A stretch of 64,000 bases of DNA, taken from Acidobacteriota bacterium. Its GTDB lineage: Bacteria > Acidobacteriota > Aminicenantia > UBA2199. Position 1 is the first letter of the stretch. Every line of letters starts with the position of its first letter. Positions 63,245 through 64,000 of this stretch are shown in pieces. The position numbers were made by a program, and so were the translations under genes. The notes beneath the pieces were generated by a model, which saw nothing but the letters and a program-made list of their open reading frames with translations, was not told the DNA's origin and did not search any database. The stretch lies in contig JALOLA010000005.1 in assembly GCA_025456205.1 (NCBI GenBank), positions 5,971 through 69,970 of the forward strand, given 5' to 3'.

Positions 63245-63346
63245 TGAAAAAAGAAAATATTAGAAAATTATTAAAAATAATACAAAAATATAATAATTAT
63301 CAATAATTATGGAAATTGTAAAAATAATGTGCTAATAATTAAACAA
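63245..63346. promoter_or_regulatory. Extremely AT-rich divergent control region with reiterated AATAATTA motifs
   Basis: About 100 bp, almost entirely A/T, in a GC-rich genome. AATAATTAT at 63292..63300 and 63302..63310; AATAATTA at 63334..63341. Sits between the flavoenzyme operon and the Lrp/AsnC gene. Confidence 0.6.
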
Positions 63347-64000
63347 ATGAATGTTGGAAAATTTGTCGACGATACCGATCTTGCCCTTTTAGAGGAGTTG
63401 AGCCTCAACGGCCGCGAGAGCCTGACGAAACTGGCGGAGAAGCTGGGGCTCTCCAAGCAGCGCCTGGGCTACCGCTTGCGCGGCCTGCAGCGCCGCGGCG
63501 TGCTCTCCGGGTTTTTCGCCATCCCCAACATATTCCGCCTGGGCTTCGACCACTTCCGCATCTTCGTCAAGTTCCAGCACCTGAACGAAGCGCGGGAACA
63601 GGAGCTGCTCGACCACCTGGTCACCCGCTCCGAGGTCTCCTGGCTGACGCAGCTCGACGGCGACTTCGACCTGGAGTTCGTGATCTGGGCCCAGGGCGTG
63701 CCGGCGTTCGAGTCGGCTTATGACGATATCCTGGGGCAGTTCGGCTCGCTGTTCCAGGAGCGCTACTTCTCCCTGGCCACGCGCATCGAGTTTTTCCCCT
63801 GGCGCTTCCTGGCCGCGGGCGACATGGGCGCGCCGATCGTGCTCGAGAACCAGGGTGGAGCGCTGGCCATCGACCCCATCGACCGCCGGCTGCTGGCCGA
63901 GCTCAGCCGCAACGGCCGCCTGTCGCTGGCCGCCCTGGCCTCCCGCTGCCGCGTCCTGCCGGCGACCGCCGCGCTGCGCCTGCGCGCCCTGCGCCGCAGC
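63347..64000 (+). CDS. Lrp/AsnC-family transcriptional regulator with a second HTH module; 3' end beyond the window
   Basis: Not in the ORF track because it has no stop. My translation from ATG 63347 is MNVGKFVDDTDLALLEELSLNGRESLTKLAEKLGLSKQRLGYRLRGLQRRGVL... A second DRRLLAELSRNGRLSLAALASRC HTH follows near the edge. Confidence 0.75.
   Translation, partial: MNVGKFVDDTDLALLEELSLNGRESLTKLAEKLGLSKQRLGYRLRGLQRRGVLSGFFAIPNIFRLGFDHFRIFVKFQHLNEAREQELLDHLVTRSEVSWLTQLDGDFDLEFVIWAQGVPAFESAYDDILGQFGSLFQERYFSLATRIEFFPWRFLAAGDMGAPIVLENQGGALAIDPIDRRLLAELSRNGRLSLAALASRCRVLPATAALRLRALRRS

Overview
GC-rich bacterial chromosomal segment with strong GC3 bias. Outer-membrane beta-barrels ending in Phe indicate a diderm. 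I cannot assign a phylum by eye. I support about 52 protein genes and found no rRNA, tRNA, CRISPR array, transposase or integrase. The housekeeping backbone is one long minus-strand array (14373 to 3080): DUF1844, a TPR/zinc-ribbon membrane protein, DUF4388, ribF, tig, clpP, clpX, lon, engB, rho. A second array runs nrdR, hsp20, a second lon, thiL, pepA. Other modules: two glycosyltransferases; mazG; a DUF151 nuclease; two family-5 solute-binding proteins fused into an operon with an orphan histidine kinase; a self-contained fructose-family PTS (EIIC, EIIB, HPr-EI-EIIA) behind a GH38 alpha-mannosidase; typA; a porin plus Na+/solute symporter pair; a FAD-oxidase / thioester-reductase-like SDR / ATP-grasp cluster; and an HcnABC/opine-oxidase/proline-dehydrogenase-like flavoenzyme pair next to a divergent Lrp/AsnC regulator. 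Two things stand out that gene annotation does not explain. (1) A recurrent family of low-GC intergenic elements sits at eight or more loci. They are built from tandem heptanucleotide units arranged as inverted arms around a conserved AGGAATCGGT core, and they fit tightly between gene ends. (2) A perfect sigma-54 promoter with three upstream 17-bp palindromic boxes drives an apparently leaderless two-gene operon of unknown function (a zinc-ribbon miniprotein and a 208-aa orphan). All functional calls come from reading the translated ORFs against remembered family signatures. No database search was run.
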